From Methanobacteriota archaeon (GTDB lineage: Archaea > Thermoplasmatota > Poseidoniia > MGIII > CG-Epi1), in assembly GCA_029977605.1 (NCBI GenBank), contig JAPOKN010000003.1, positions 1 to 51,134 of the forward strand: 51,134 nt of DNA, written 5' to 3'. Within the stretch, counting starts at the first letter, position 1; every line of letters starts with the position of its first letter. Shown one piece after another: positions 12,121-21,589 of this stretch. Both the position numbers and the translations under genes were made by a program. Below the pieces are notes generated by a model that worked only from the letters and a program-made list of their open reading frames with translations, was not told the DNA's origin and did no database searches.

Positions 12121-12299
12121 TTCTTTTCTCGATCAACAATATCAATAGGGATTGCATCTGTGTCGTATTCCATCTGTGCAATGATGACCGGATCGATGAT
12201 TTCTTCAGGTACTTTAATGTCTACAGGCGCTCCCATTGAAATCTGCAATGCTCTTGCTCCTATAACTCTGGCTTTTTCAAATCTTGAATGTTCTCTCAT
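12117..12299 (-). CDS. rpoK: DNA-directed RNA polymerase subunit K (Rpo6)
   Basis: 60 aa. RFEKARVIGARALQISMGAP. Overlaps the eno start. Confidence 0.88.
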   Translation of the reverse strand: MREHSRFEKARVIGARALQISMGAPVDIKVPEEIIDPVIIAQMEYDTDAIPIDIVDREKK

Positions 12300-12502
12300 T
12301 TTTGACCTTCCTAGTTACTAAGAAATTAGATTATTCGCTAGTGGTCCAACTATAAAAGACTTACTAAGTCTAATAATGTAAAAGAACTAAACTATCAAGT
12401 AGATTATTTTTTTTCAGAAGCTTTTTAAATACGTGTTACTATGAGTTTAGTTACCTTGTACCAATAGTTAAAGGTGTAATAGGTCGAAAAAAAGGTGAAA
12501 AA

Positions 12503-14548
12503 ATGGAACAAAAAATAAACAAATTGGGTGCTTTTGTAGCTACTTTAGCTTTGATTGCATCTGTTTTAGTAATGCCTAATGTAAGTGCCGGAGACGGAGA
12601 TTTATCTGTAACATTAGTAGGAGATAAAGGTCTAACTTCATACGGCGCAATGCACGGGCATGCAAGCTTCACAGGAAGTGTAACAAGTACTTCAGCTGAC
12701 GCAGATGATAATGTAACAATAACCACATCATTTTCTGAAGCTGGTTGGACAGATGATCAAGCATCAATCGGTTCCTGGGATGGTTCCACTTGTACTGTTG
12801 AAGGTACTGGAAGCCACGATTTCGGAACTCTTGATGGAACTTTAGATTTTTGTATTCAGGTTATGATTGAAGGAGATGTAAGCAACGGAGATTCTGCAGA
12901 AATGGTAGTATCTGTAAGCTCATCAAACTCAACAGCATTGGACACCAATGCACAAGTAATTGTTTCAGACTGGACATTTAGTACAGCAGATACAGATGCA
13001 AAAACATTCGCAGAATCTGACGCAGTCGGGGAAGACTGTGCTACTGCAATTAATTGTCACACATACACAATCACAATCCATAATAATAAGCTAGATGAAG
13101 ACGGCACTCCCGTTGCATTAAGCGATTCTGTTAAAATTAGTTACAATTCAGCTACACCTGGCTGGAGAATAGACAGTGATGATTCTGCTTGGGATGAAAT
13201 GGAAATGGAAGCAACTATTGGATACATAGATGCAGATTCCAGCTATGATTTTGAAATTGAAGTATCTTTATCCGGAAGTTATGCTTTAGCTTCATCTTAC
13301 GTAGGTAACTCTGTTCTAGCTTTCCAAGTTTCAGATGATAAAATAATCGATTTCGTAGAGTTTGAAGCCGTTGTAGAAGATAATTTTGCAGTAAGTGCTC
13401 AAGGTTCAGGTAATCAAGATGTAGACAATGGATGTTCAGATCAAGACTTCAAAGTTGATTGGGATGTTAGCGTAAAGAATTTCGGTAATTTGCCAGATGA
13501 TTTCACAGTTTCATTTGATACTTCTGATGCAGTTGCTGCAGCCTGGAGTGTTACTGGTGCTGATGACATGACAATTAGTAATATTTTACCTAAAGCTGAA
13601 GATGGAGTTTATGACTTCAATATAGAGATGGAAATTCCAAGTGGGTTAGCTGCAGGAACCAAACATGGTTTCACTATGACCGTTACCTCCGTAGGAGACT
13701 CATCACAAACTCAGACACAAGAGTTCAGTGCAACTGTAGTACAATGTTACGGAATTTCAATGACTGTTGATAAAACAACAGACAGTGCAGATCCTAGTGC
13801 TTCTTCTGATTTTACTGTTACAGTTACTAATGATGGTAACGGCGAAGATACAGTTTCATACATGACAATGGGAGCTCAAGCATGGGCACCAAGTCTTTCT
13901 GAAATGAGCTCAACTATAGCTTCAGGAGAAACTGGTCAAGTAGTTTTCACATTAACTGTACCTGCAGATTCAAGTGCAGCAGCTAAGAGCGGCATGGCTA
14001 TGGTACATGCTTATTCTGAAATATGTGGAGACGATACCTCTGACTGTGATTATGAAGCACATGTGTCAGTCGAACTTTCTTCAAACCAGGTCTTCGATAT
14101 TAGTGCAGGATACTATTACAATGCATCAATGGCAAGTGCTTCAGTTCAAGAAGGAATGGCTTTACAGTTGAAATTTAACGTTACAAATAATGGTAATGGA
14201 AACGACAATGTAGGTGTTGCATTAGCAAACGCACCATCTTGGGTAACTTTATCTCAAGATACTGTTTTAGTAGGTCCAGGCCAAGCTTCCACAGTTACAA
14301 TTGATATAATGGCTCCAGCCTCTGGAGGTCTAGGTTCCAATACATTCCAAATAATGGCAACATCATCAGACGAGACAACAACTTCAACTACTGGAGATTT
14401 CACAGTAACTGTTGTTGAGCAATCAACAGACAGTTCAGGTCCAACAACCGAAGAAGTCGATGATGATGAAGGTGGTTTACCAGGCTTTGGATTCCTCCCA
14501 GCAATAGCAGCTATTGGTGCTGTATTATTGCTACGCCGCAGGCTTTAA
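12503..14548 (+). CDS. Secreted cell-surface (S-layer-like) protein with PGF-CTERM anchor signal
   Basis: 681 aa. Signal peptide ...ALIASVLVMPNVSAGDG. Repeated CARDB/NEW3-like beta-sandwich motifs (VTNDGNGEDTVSY, VTNNGNGNDNVGV) and many N-x-S/T sequons. C-terminus is acidic/Thr-rich linker + GLPGFGFLPAIAAIGAVLLLRRRL. GGTG lies 6 nt upstream of the ATG. Confidence 0.85.
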   Translation: MEQKINKLGAFVATLALIASVLVMPNVSAGDGDLSVTLVGDKGLTSYGAMHGHASFTGSVTSTSADADDNVTITTSFSEAGWTDDQASIGSWDGSTCTVEGTGSHDFGTLDGTLDFCIQVMIEGDVSNGDSAEMVVSVSSSNSTALDTNAQVIVSDWTFSTADTDAKTFAESDAVGEDCATAINCHTYTITIHNNKLDEDGTPVALSDSVKISYNSATPGWRIDSDDSAWDEMEMEATIGYIDADSSYDFEIEVSLSGSYALASSYVGNSVLAFQVSDDKIIDFVEFEAVVEDNFAVSAQGSGNQDVDNGCSDQDFKVDWDVSVKNFGNLPDDFTVSFDTSDAVAAAWSVTGADDMTISNILPKAEDGVYDFNIEMEIPSGLAAGTKHGFTMTVTSVGDSSQTQTQEFSATVVQCYGISMTVDKTTDSADPSASSDFTVTVTNDGNGEDTVSYMTMGAQAWAPSLSEMSSTIASGETGQVVFTLTVPADSSAAAKSGMAMVHAYSEICGDDTSDCDYEAHVSVELSSNQVFDISAGYYYNASMASASVQEGMALQLKFNVTNNGNGNDNVGVALANAPSWVTLSQDTVLVGPGQASTVTIDIMAPASGGLGSNTFQIMATSSDETTTSTTGDFTVTVVEQSTDSSGPTTEEVDDDEGGLPGFGFLPAIAAIGAVLLLRRRL

Positions 14549-14559
14549 GGAGAAATTGA

Positions 14560-16569
14560 ATGTTAGGTAGTCGGCAATTTCTGCCATTTTTCGCAATTTC
14601 TTTGCTATTAGCCTCAGCTTTGGTTTTCATTCCAGCAAGTGCATCTTCTTCATTAAGCATAACAGTTGATGCTGATCACAATGAGTACTCGTTTGCTTCA
14701 GTTAATGGAACCGCTTCTTTTGTTGTCACTATTACAAACGACGGTGATGATGATTTCTCAAATGTAGCAATAGATTCTTCATTTGATGATGAAACTTGGT
14801 TGAAAGATAATGTAACATTCACCTATTCAGGCAACAATGCTACAGGTGGAATGGACTTAGGTGGTTTAGCTTCAGGAGCTCTTGCTCAGGTTACAGTAGA
14901 GGCCTTAGTAGGATATGGTGCAAAAATCGACATGTCTAAATTTGTTTACATGAATCTTGAAGTATCTGCTGATGGATTAGATTTTGATGTTGCAGATACA
15001 GTTATCGTAGTTTCAAATTGGAAAGCCTATCAGTCTGAGTTCCCAGGTTCTCCAGCAGTTAATACTTACGATATTGGTGATAGTTTTGACTACCAAATTA
15101 TGGTAGAAAATATTGCAGTAGATAGGTTACCAGGGGGTGGAACACAAGCTGCAGATATCATGGATTCAATCACCGTACAATTTGGAGGATTAGGTGGCTG
15201 GACAATATCCAGTGACGATCCAGCTTGGGATTCATTTCAAGGAGGAGTTCTGAATGGGCTTCAAGCAGGTCAAATTTACACATGGAATATCACAGTTGAA
15301 TTAAGCAGTAAAGTTAAGGCAGGAAGTGCAGATTTAGATTTCCAAGCTTTTAGTGTTGATCCTAGCGATCCTTTTGGTTTTCCATATTATCAACCATTCG
15401 GAATGATTAGTATTCCAGTTTCAGCTTCTGAGATGTTTGGAATTAAGCTAGATGGAGCTGGCAGTAGAGACGTAGATCTTAGTGCAGGCGCATCAGTGGC
15501 CGATTGGACAGTTAGAGTCAATAATCTTGGAAATACAGATGATGATTTCACAATCACTTGGGATGATCAAGGTGTTCCGTCAGGTTGGAGTCTAAATGTA
15601 GATACTTCAGGTCCTATGGTTACTGATTCTATTAGTTGGAATGGTTTTTACCAATTTGGAGTTGTTTTAAGTGTACCAAGTGATGCTTTGGCAGGATCCA
15701 CAGCTTCTTTTTCCATGAGTGCTTCTAGTAATGGAGATAGCACACAGACAGCTACACAAGAATTTACGGCAACAGTAAATCAACACTATGGAGTTTCTTT
15801 ATCAGTTGATTCAGAATCCAAAGAAAATAAGCCAGATCAAATAGTAGATTTCATCTTCAATATAACCAATACAGGTAACGGACAAGATACGTACAGTATA
15901 TCTGTAGAAGGTCCAGCAGTTTGGAATCCAGTATTGAGTCAGGATAATATCACAGTTGGAGCAGTTAGTGGTTCTCAATTCACTTTGTCAGTTACAATTC
16001 CTTCAGATAGAGACGCAGGAGCAAGTAGCGGAGATATGTTAGTAACAGTCACTTCATCAGATGGCGAATCCATGGCGAACTCTACAGTTTCAGCAACGAC
16101 CTCTCAGGTTTATGACATAGGATTAGGCTATGTCAGTGGGTCAGATGGTACAGTTTCAGTTACTCAAGAAACTCAAATTCTTTTGAAGTTGAATGTTACA
16201 AATAATGGTAATGGAATAGATAGTCTATCATTGGCTATGACTAACGCGCCAAGTTGGGCTTCTCTAGGGGCTGAAACTATCCAAATTGGTCGAGGGCAAA
16301 CACAGGCCATAACAATAACACTTTCACCTGACGCAGCAGCATTATCTGGAAGAGATTATACTTTCCAAGTAGTTGTTACTTCATCTGATGGTAGTGAATA
16401 TACTAGTCCAGATTTCTCAGCAAATATTGAAGTCAAAGAGACAACCGGTGGAGGAGAAGTTGAAGTAGAAGATATTGAGTCTGAAGACGATAGTTCTACA
16501 CCAGGTTTTGGATTAATAGCTTCACTCTTAGCATTAACTACATTGGTAGTTTTACGTAGAAGAGCTTAA
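14560..16569 (+). CDS. Secreted cell-surface protein with PGF-CTERM anchor signal (paralog of the preceding gene)
   Basis: 669 aa. Signal peptide ...LVFIPASASSS. Same domain order as the upstream gene (compare DSTQTATQEFTATVNQHYGVSLSVD with DSSQTQTQEFSATVVQCYGISMTVD, and LKLNVTNNGNGIDSLSLAMTNAPSWASL with LKFNVTNNGNGNDNVGVALANAPSWVTL). C-terminus TPGFGLIASLLALTTLVVLRRRA. AGGAG upstream. Confidence 0.85.
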   Translation: MLGSRQFLPFFAISLLLASALVFIPASASSSLSITVDADHNEYSFASVNGTASFVVTITNDGDDDFSNVAIDSSFDDETWLKDNVTFTYSGNNATGGMDLGGLASGALAQVTVEALVGYGAKIDMSKFVYMNLEVSADGLDFDVADTVIVVSNWKAYQSEFPGSPAVNTYDIGDSFDYQIMVENIAVDRLPGGGTQAADIMDSITVQFGGLGGWTISSDDPAWDSFQGGVLNGLQAGQIYTWNITVELSSKVKAGSADLDFQAFSVDPSDPFGFPYYQPFGMISIPVSASEMFGIKLDGAGSRDVDLSAGASVADWTVRVNNLGNTDDDFTITWDDQGVPSGWSLNVDTSGPMVTDSISWNGFYQFGVVLSVPSDALAGSTASFSMSASSNGDSTQTATQEFTATVNQHYGVSLSVDSESKENKPDQIVDFIFNITNTGNGQDTYSISVEGPAVWNPVLSQDNITVGAVSGSQFTLSVTIPSDRDAGASSGDMLVTVTSSDGESMANSTVSATTSQVYDIGLGYVSGSDGTVSVTQETQILLKLNVTNNGNGIDSLSLAMTNAPSWASLGAETIQIGRGQTQAITITLSPDAAALSGRDYTFQVVVTSSDGSEYTSPDFSANIEVKETTGGGEVEVEDIESEDDSSTPGFGLIASLLALTTLVVLRRRA

Positions 16570-16594
16570 AGCAACAATCTAAGCATTAGTCGCA

Positions 16595-17401
16595 ATGCAA
16601 GATAAATTAGACGAGTGGTTTGCAGAAGACTTTGGTAAAGGTGACTTTACATCTCAATCTGTAGTCGACAATAAACCGTGTGAAGCCAACGTAACAGGAG
16701 GTCCGGGAGTAATTTCAGGTCTAAAGATAGGTCTTGCCCTTCTAGAGCGACACGGTATTACTTATGCTACAGATTATAGCGATGGAGACACAATAGATTC
16801 ACCTCTAATTATTTCACTTAATGGTAGAGCTCATGATATCTTAGCAACCGAGCGTCTTTTACTAAATATTTTAAGTCACCTTAGTGGAATTTCAACACAC
16901 ACTAATATGATTGTAAAAATAGCCAAAGAGACGAATCCCAATGTAGAAATATTAGCTACAAGGAAAACACTTCCCGGGCTTAGAGATATTGAAAAAGAAG
17001 CAGTTGTCCACGGAGGAGGTCAGACACACCGCATGCGTTTAGATGATGCGATATTAATTAAAGATAACCATCTTAAGCTATCTAATAGCATAAAGGAATC
17101 TATCTCCCAGTCTAGGGAGAAGTATCCAGATTTAATGCTTGAAGTTGAGGCTGATAATGAAGAACAGGCTCTGGAAATAGCTGAATGCGGGGCGGACAGA
17201 GTTATGCTTGACAACTTTACTCCACTAGAAGCTGAAAAAACTATCAAAAAATTGAGACAAATTTCAAACATAGAAATTGAGATATCAGGTGGAGTAACTA
17301 TTGAAAATGTGGCTGAGTATGCAAAAAATACAGATTTTATAAGTCTAGGAAGCTTGACAATGTCATCATTACCGGTTGATTTTTCATTACATGTCATTTA
17401 A
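16595..17401 (+). CDS. nadC: Nicotinate-nucleotide pyrophosphorylase (carboxylating) / quinolinate phosphoribosyltransferase
   Basis: 268 aa. ATRKTLPGLR, GGGQTHRMRLDDAILIKDNH, EVEADN...GADRVMLDN. Confidence 0.88.
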   Translation: MQDKLDEWFAEDFGKGDFTSQSVVDNKPCEANVTGGPGVISGLKIGLALLERHGITYATDYSDGDTIDSPLIISLNGRAHDILATERLLLNILSHLSGISTHTNMIVKIAKETNPNVEILATRKTLPGLRDIEKEAVVHGGGQTHRMRLDDAILIKDNHLKLSNSIKESISQSREKYPDLMLEVEADNEEQALEIAECGADRVMLDNFTPLEAEKTIKKLRQISNIEIEISGGVTIENVAEYAKNTDFISLGSLTMSSLPVDFSLHVI

Positions 17402-17840
17402 TATCAGAATTCTTTGCTTCGATCAAGACGATCCTAAGAAATGTACTGCCAAAAGATTAGAAAGGTTCAATCTTTCAGATAATCACTCAAATTTCAAGAC
17501 ACTACCGCCTATGGGTTTAGTTTTAGATCCTTTTTCTGAAAAAATTCTTAGTAATGAAGATATCCCACTTGCGGAAGTTGGTGGAATTGTTGGTGTAGAT
17601 TGTTCTTGGAATAAGGCTCCGGAAACGTTTTCCCGATTACGTTTAATGGGTCTAGAGCCCCGAAGCTTACCGTTGGTAACTCCAGCTAACCCCGTAAACT
17701 CAGGTAAGGTAGGTAAATTAACGACAGCAGAAGCAATAGCATCAGCTTTACTAATTTGTGGACAGTCGGAACAAGCTCAAAAAATCATGTCGGTTTTTAA
17801 ATGGGGTCCAGCTTTTTTAAAATTAAATTCTCATTTATAA
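17391..17840 (+). CDS. tsr3: 16S rRNA aminocarboxypropyltransferase Tsr3 (DUF367 family)
   Basis: FDQDDPKKCTAKRLERF and VGVDCSWNKA motifs. I prefer the start at ATG 17391 (MSFNIRIL), which overlaps the nadC end. The track start is 17376. Confidence 0.8.
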   Translation: MSFNIRILCFDQDDPKKCTAKRLERFNLSDNHSNFKTLPPMGLVLDPFSEKILSNEDIPLAEVGGIVGVDCSWNKAPETFSRLRLMGLEPRSLPLVTPANPVNSGKVGKLTTAEAIASALLICGQSEQAQKIMSVFKWGPAFLKLNSHL

Positions 17841-17876
17841 TAATAAGTTCTATAAATGCAGGCAAACTGAGTCAAC

Positions 17877-18185
17877 ATGGATTCAGTGAATGTAAGTGAA
17901 GAAATGCCTAGTTTTAGTTTTTCAGGCAAAACTCACAGAATATTTATTGAAGGAAGAGGCTTTGATTTCGAATCATTTGATATTTATAATAATAGTACAG
18001 CTTCTTTAAATCTTATTAATTTAGATGATCCATTATTTACAATTTTAGATTTTGAAGAACCTAGGGTAATTTATGTTGTTTCAAGATTAGGTCAGAAAGA
18101 TTTGATTCTTCAAGGTTGTATTTTTAAATCAATAGATGGAAGCGAAAGTCAGTTGTCCTATTCCAAAATTCAGACTGAGTCGTAA
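17877..18185 (+). CDS. Hypothetical protein (102 aa)
   Basis: The ORF fills the gap between tsr3 and the reductase on the same strand. I recognise no motif and see no clear Shine-Dalgarno sequence. Confidence 0.4.
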   Translation: MDSVNVSEEMPSFSFSGKTHRIFIEGRGFDFESFDIYNNSTASLNLINLDDPLFTILDFEEPRVIYVVSRLGQKDLILQGCIFKSIDGSESQLSYSKIQTES

Positions 18186-18217
18186 ACCTTAATTTAGAGC
18201 ATTCGGGATAGATAATT

Positions 18218-19393
18218 GTGGAAATCGTAGATGTTGCAGTCGTAGGAGGAGGACCTGCAGGTTCATCAGCAGCTCGCGAAGCGGCAGAACGTGGTTTGTC
18301 TGTACTTTTATTTGATCATGCACACCCCAGAAGAAAAGCCTGCGGAGGAGGCTTACCCGTTAAAGGAATTGAGTGGATGGATGCGCCTGATGAGTCTATT
18401 GAATGTGAAATGTCTTCAATTTCCTTTACTTACAATGAGACCAAATTAAAAATTCCAGTAAACAAAGGTAAATTAATTCGAAGAGACGATTGGGATTTCT
18501 ATTTATTTAACAGAGCTAAAGAGGCTGGCGCAGGCCATGTTATTGAAAGAGTTAAATCTTTAGAACTAGTTGATGGTATTTGGTTGATTAATGGCAAATA
18601 TAAATCGAAATACATAATTGGAGCAGATGGCGTAAATGGTTTCACTCGTAAGCATTTTATGGACAGAATACCGCGAGAGCATCTCTTTGCAGCAGCAGGA
18701 TATTATCTGTCAATAAAACCAGATGAAAATGATGTGGAATTTATTGTAGGAGCTCTACCCGGAGAAGAAGGATATCTTTGGGTGTTCCCTAAGAGTGATC
18801 ACTACAATATTGGTTATTGTTATAATTCAGGAACTCCAGGTATGCGTGAAGCTTTAGATAAACTTCTTGCAGAAAGGTGGCCTGGTGAGTTTGTTCGTAA
18901 TGGTAAATGGAAGTTAAAAGATACAGGAGAGATTGTGGATTGCAAGAAGTTTGGTTCAGTAATTCCTTCCTACAATGATCCGAAACTATTCGATGAGCCA
19001 GTCTCTGGCAAAAATTGGGTACTTTGTGGTGATGCAGCAGGTCATGTAAATCCAATCCATGGAGAAGGCCTCAATCATTGCGCGTTAGGTGGAAGACTTG
19101 CAGCTAAAGCAATTTCTAAAGGAGATCCGACTTTATTTGAACAGTATTGGCGTTCTCATTATAGTAGAGATATGTATCGTGCTGCAAATACTAAACATAA
19201 AATATATAAGCCATTTTTTATGAAGATAGGTTTCGCTTTAGGTAGAACACCAGCTCTTTTTGGAATGTTAGCCGATTTGACAAGAGGAGAATACAAAGGA
19301 AAAGCCACAACAAATTTTTGGTTTAAACTACCCTTAGCGTTAATTCAGGCTCTTTTTGGTTTCAAGCACAAAGAAATTAAAGCGTTAAATTGA
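18218..19393 (+). CDS. Geranylgeranyl reductase family FAD-dependent oxidoreductase (likely digeranylgeranylglycerophospholipid reductase)
   Basis: 391 aa, GTG start. FAD motif VAVVGGGPAGSSAAREAAERG, then GADGVNG and GDAAGHVNPIHGEG. Confidence 0.8.
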   Translation: MEIVDVAVVGGGPAGSSAAREAAERGLSVLLFDHAHPRRKACGGGLPVKGIEWMDAPDESIECEMSSISFTYNETKLKIPVNKGKLIRRDDWDFYLFNRAKEAGAGHVIERVKSLELVDGIWLINGKYKSKYIIGADGVNGFTRKHFMDRIPREHLFAAAGYYLSIKPDENDVEFIVGALPGEEGYLWVFPKSDHYNIGYCYNSGTPGMREALDKLLAERWPGEFVRNGKWKLKDTGEIVDCKKFGSVIPSYNDPKLFDEPVSGKNWVLCGDAAGHVNPIHGEGLNHCALGGRLAAKAISKGDPTLFEQYWRSHYSRDMYRAANTKHKIYKPFFMKIGFALGRTPALFGMLADLTRGEYKGKATTNFWFKLPLALIQALFGFKHKEIKALN

Positions 19394-19454
19394 ATTCTCG
19401 GATTAGCTTTATTAAACCCTTTGGCTCGGAGCGTTTCCTGAGGACTCAGGTATC

Positions 19455-19733
19455 ATGAAAATACCACGAAAAGTTAAGATGTACAGCCCTTATGCAAAAA
19501 AGCATACACTTCATGAAATTGAAGTAGTTAAAAAGAAGCGAGCTTCTGAGTTAGCAAGAGGGCAAAGAAAGTTTAGAAGTGTAACGTCTGGCTACGGTGG
19601 TTTTCCTAGACCTAAACCAGAAGGTCGTGAAAAGCCTACAAAAAGAGTTTATGTTAGGTATAGATGTACTGAGACAGGTAAAGCACACCACAAGAAAAAC
19701 TTTAGAGCTAAAAAGTTCGAGTTAACGGAGTAA
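19455..19733 (+). CDS. rpl44e: 50S ribosomal protein L44e (eL42), cysteine-depleted form
   Basis: 92 aa. ...KPTKRVYVRYRCTETGKAHHKKNFRAKKFELTE. The positions of the canonical CxxC...CxxC read SPYA and CTET. Sits in the conserved L44e-S27e-aIF2alpha operon context. Confidence 0.88.
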   Translation: MKIPRKVKMYSPYAKKHTLHEIEVVKKKRASELARGQRKFRSVTSGYGGFPRPKPEGREKPTKRVYVRYRCTETGKAHHKKNFRAKKFELTE

Positions 19734-19735
19734 AA

Positions 19736-19906
19736 ATGACAAAAAGTAAATTTCTAAAAGTTAAAAGTCCTGATAGCGACTATACTGTAGTGATTTTTGA
19801 TAAGTGCGACACAGTAGTAAAGGATCCAGTTACTGGTTCAACAATTGCACTTCCTACAGGCGGTAAGGCAAAGATTCTTGGGGAGATATTAGAGGAGCTT
19901 GAGTGA
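19736..19906 (+). CDS. rps27e: 30S ribosomal protein S27e (eS27), cysteine-depleted form
   Basis: Not in the ORF track (56 aa). Own translation: MTKSKFLKVKSPDSDYTVVIFDKCDTVVKDPVTGSTIALPTGGKAKILGEILEELE. It matches the S27e pattern FLKVKCPDC...VVKCxxCG...PTGGKA, but all four ribbon cysteines are replaced. Its stop overlaps the aIF2alpha GTG start. Confidence 0.8.
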   Translation: MTKSKFLKVKSPDSDYTVVIFDKCDTVVKDPVTGSTIALPTGGKAKILGEILEELE

Positions 19907-20676
19907 GTCCTTTGGACGTACCTGAAGATGGCGATTATATTATTGGGCGTGTTATTGAAGTAAAAGATTTCGGCGCTACTTTAGATTTACTTGAATATAC
20001 AGATCAGAAAGCATTTGTTCATATTTCAGAAGTAGCCTCAGGTTGGGTAAAATATATTCGAGATTTTATTCGCGAAGGCCAAATGGTTGTTGCCAAGGTT
20101 ACTAAGGTTAAAAAAGGTAGTAAAATTATCGATGCATCAGTAAGACAAGTTTCAGGACATAGAAAAAAAGAGAAAATAAGAGAATGGAAAAATGAACAAC
20201 GTGCTTCCAAATTACTTGAACTTGTTGCGAAGAACATAAAAGTTGATTACGAAAAATTGCGTAATGAAATTAGAGAAGATTTAGTTAATAATTACGAAAG
20301 CCTATATCGCGCATTTGAAGAATCAGTCATTAACGGTGACGATTTCAAAAAAGCGTGGAAAGGAAAATGGGTTTCTGAATTTATTAAAGTAGGAATTGAA
20401 AATGTTACTCCACCATATGTTACCATAGGTGGAATGCTTAGTTTGGTTTCCGAAAAAGAAGACGGCGTAGAAGGAATTAAAGCTTCATTGATGGGCCCTG
20501 AAGCAATTCATGAAGATAGCAAATTAACAATAACTTCAGACGGAGCACCTAACTATAGAATATTAGTCAAAGCTCCAAATTACAAACAGGCAGAAGAAGA
20601 ACTAAAATCTGCAGTGGATATGGTTTTAAGTCTCCTCAAAAAAGAGGGTGGTGTAGGTTCCTTTGAGAGGGCATAA
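19903..20676 (+). CDS. eif2a: Translation initiation factor 2 subunit alpha (aIF2-alpha)
   Basis: 257 aa, GTG start. N-terminal S1 domain (GDYIIGRVIEVKDFGATLDL...AFVHISEVASGWVKYIRDFIREGQ), plus operon context. Confidence 0.88.
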   Translation: MSPLDVPEDGDYIIGRVIEVKDFGATLDLLEYTDQKAFVHISEVASGWVKYIRDFIREGQMVVAKVTKVKKGSKIIDASVRQVSGHRKKEKIREWKNEQRASKLLELVAKNIKVDYEKLRNEIREDLVNNYESLYRAFEESVINGDDFKKAWKGKWVSEFIKVGIENVTPPYVTIGGMLSLVSEKEDGVEGIKASLMGPEAIHEDSKLTITSDGAPNYRILVKAPNYKQAEEELKSAVDMVLSLLKKEGGVGSFERA

Positions 20677-20837
20677 TGCGTTCTTCAATTTTGCATTGTA
20701 AGAAATGCAATGTGTTTACATTAGGTTCTATGTGTGATAATTGTAACAGTAAAACATCAAATCCACTCCCTCCTAAATATTCTCCTGAAGATAAATATGG
20801 AAAGTATCGAAGAATGTTAAAGGAGAAATCATCTTGA
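20676..20837 (+). CDS. nop10: H/ACA RNP component Nop10
   Basis: Not in the ORF track (53 aa). Own translation: MRSSILHCKKCNVFTLGSMCDNCNSKTSNPLPPKYSPEDKYGKYRRMLKEKSS. It shows the CxxC...CxxC ribbon plus the P(K/R)(F/Y)SPxDKYxxYR signature. The ATG overlaps the aIF2alpha TAA (TAATG). Confidence 0.85.
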   Translation: MRSSILHCKKCNVFTLGSMCDNCNSKTSNPLPPKYSPEDKYGKYRRMLKEKSS

Positions 20838-21589
20838 GCTTTACAGAAATTGTTAAAATTGAGGATATTAAATTAAAAGATGCAATACTCCTCGAAGGTT
20901 TGCCAGGTGTAGGTAATGTTGGTAAATTAGCAGCAATGCATTTAATTGAAGAATTAAAGGCTAAAAAATGTACTGAAATATATTCTTCCCATTTTCCTCC
21001 ACAAGTTTTGATTGATGATGATGGTGTTGTTAAATTAGTAAATAATGAACTTTATTATCATAAAGGTAAAGGCAAAAACAAAGATTTGTTATTTTTAGTA
21101 GGTGAATACCAAGGTATGGATTCTTCCGGGCAGTATGAATTATGCAATCAATTAATCTCACTTGTCAAAGAGATGGGAGTTTCTAGTATTTTTACCTTAG
21201 GTGGTTATGGCTTGGGTAAATTAGTTCCTGAGCCTAGAGTTCTTGGCGCAGCGACTTCTCAAGATGTGGTAGAGTTATTCAAATCAGCAGATGTTGAATT
21301 CATAGATGGTGAACCTGGTGCTGGAATCGTTGGAGCTTCAGGACTTTTGTTAGGTTTGGGTAAGTTGCAAGGAATAGAAGGCGGTTGTTTGATGGGAGAA
21401 ACTAGTGGATATATGGTAGACCCTAAATCTGCAAGTGTTGTTTTGAAATCACTTCAGAAATTATTAGGTATCGAAATAGATCTTGAAGAATTAGAAAAAA
21501 GAGCTAAGCAAGTTGATAGCATAACAAATCAATTGAAAGAGAGTGAATCTGAAGTTGAAGAAAAAGTAGATGTTAACTATATTGGCTAA
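20834..21589 (+). CDS. Proteasome assembly chaperone family protein (PAC2 / COG1938)
   Basis: 251 aa, TTG start overlapping the nop10 stop. LEGLPGVGNVGKLAAMHLIEEL is typical of the archaeal PAC2 family. This is the usual position after nop10. Confidence 0.7.
   Translation: MSFTEIVKIEDIKLKDAILLEGLPGVGNVGKLAAMHLIEELKAKKCTEIYSSHFPPQVLIDDDGVVKLVNNELYYHKGKGKNKDLLFLVGEYQGMDSSGQYELCNQLISLVKEMGVSSIFTLGGYGLGKLVPEPRVLGAATSQDVVELFKSADVEFIDGEPGAGIVGASGLLLGLGKLQGIEGGCLMGETSGYMVDPKSASVVLKSLQKLLGIEIDLEELEKRAKQVDSITNQLKESESEVEEKVDVNYIG

Noticed and set aside
19437-19450. CCTGAG-ga-CTCAGG palindrome just upstream of rpl44e
   Set aside because: This is a 6-bp palindrome with a 2-nt spacer. It is too short to distinguish from chance, and the loop is too tight for an RNA hairpin. 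It was noted only.
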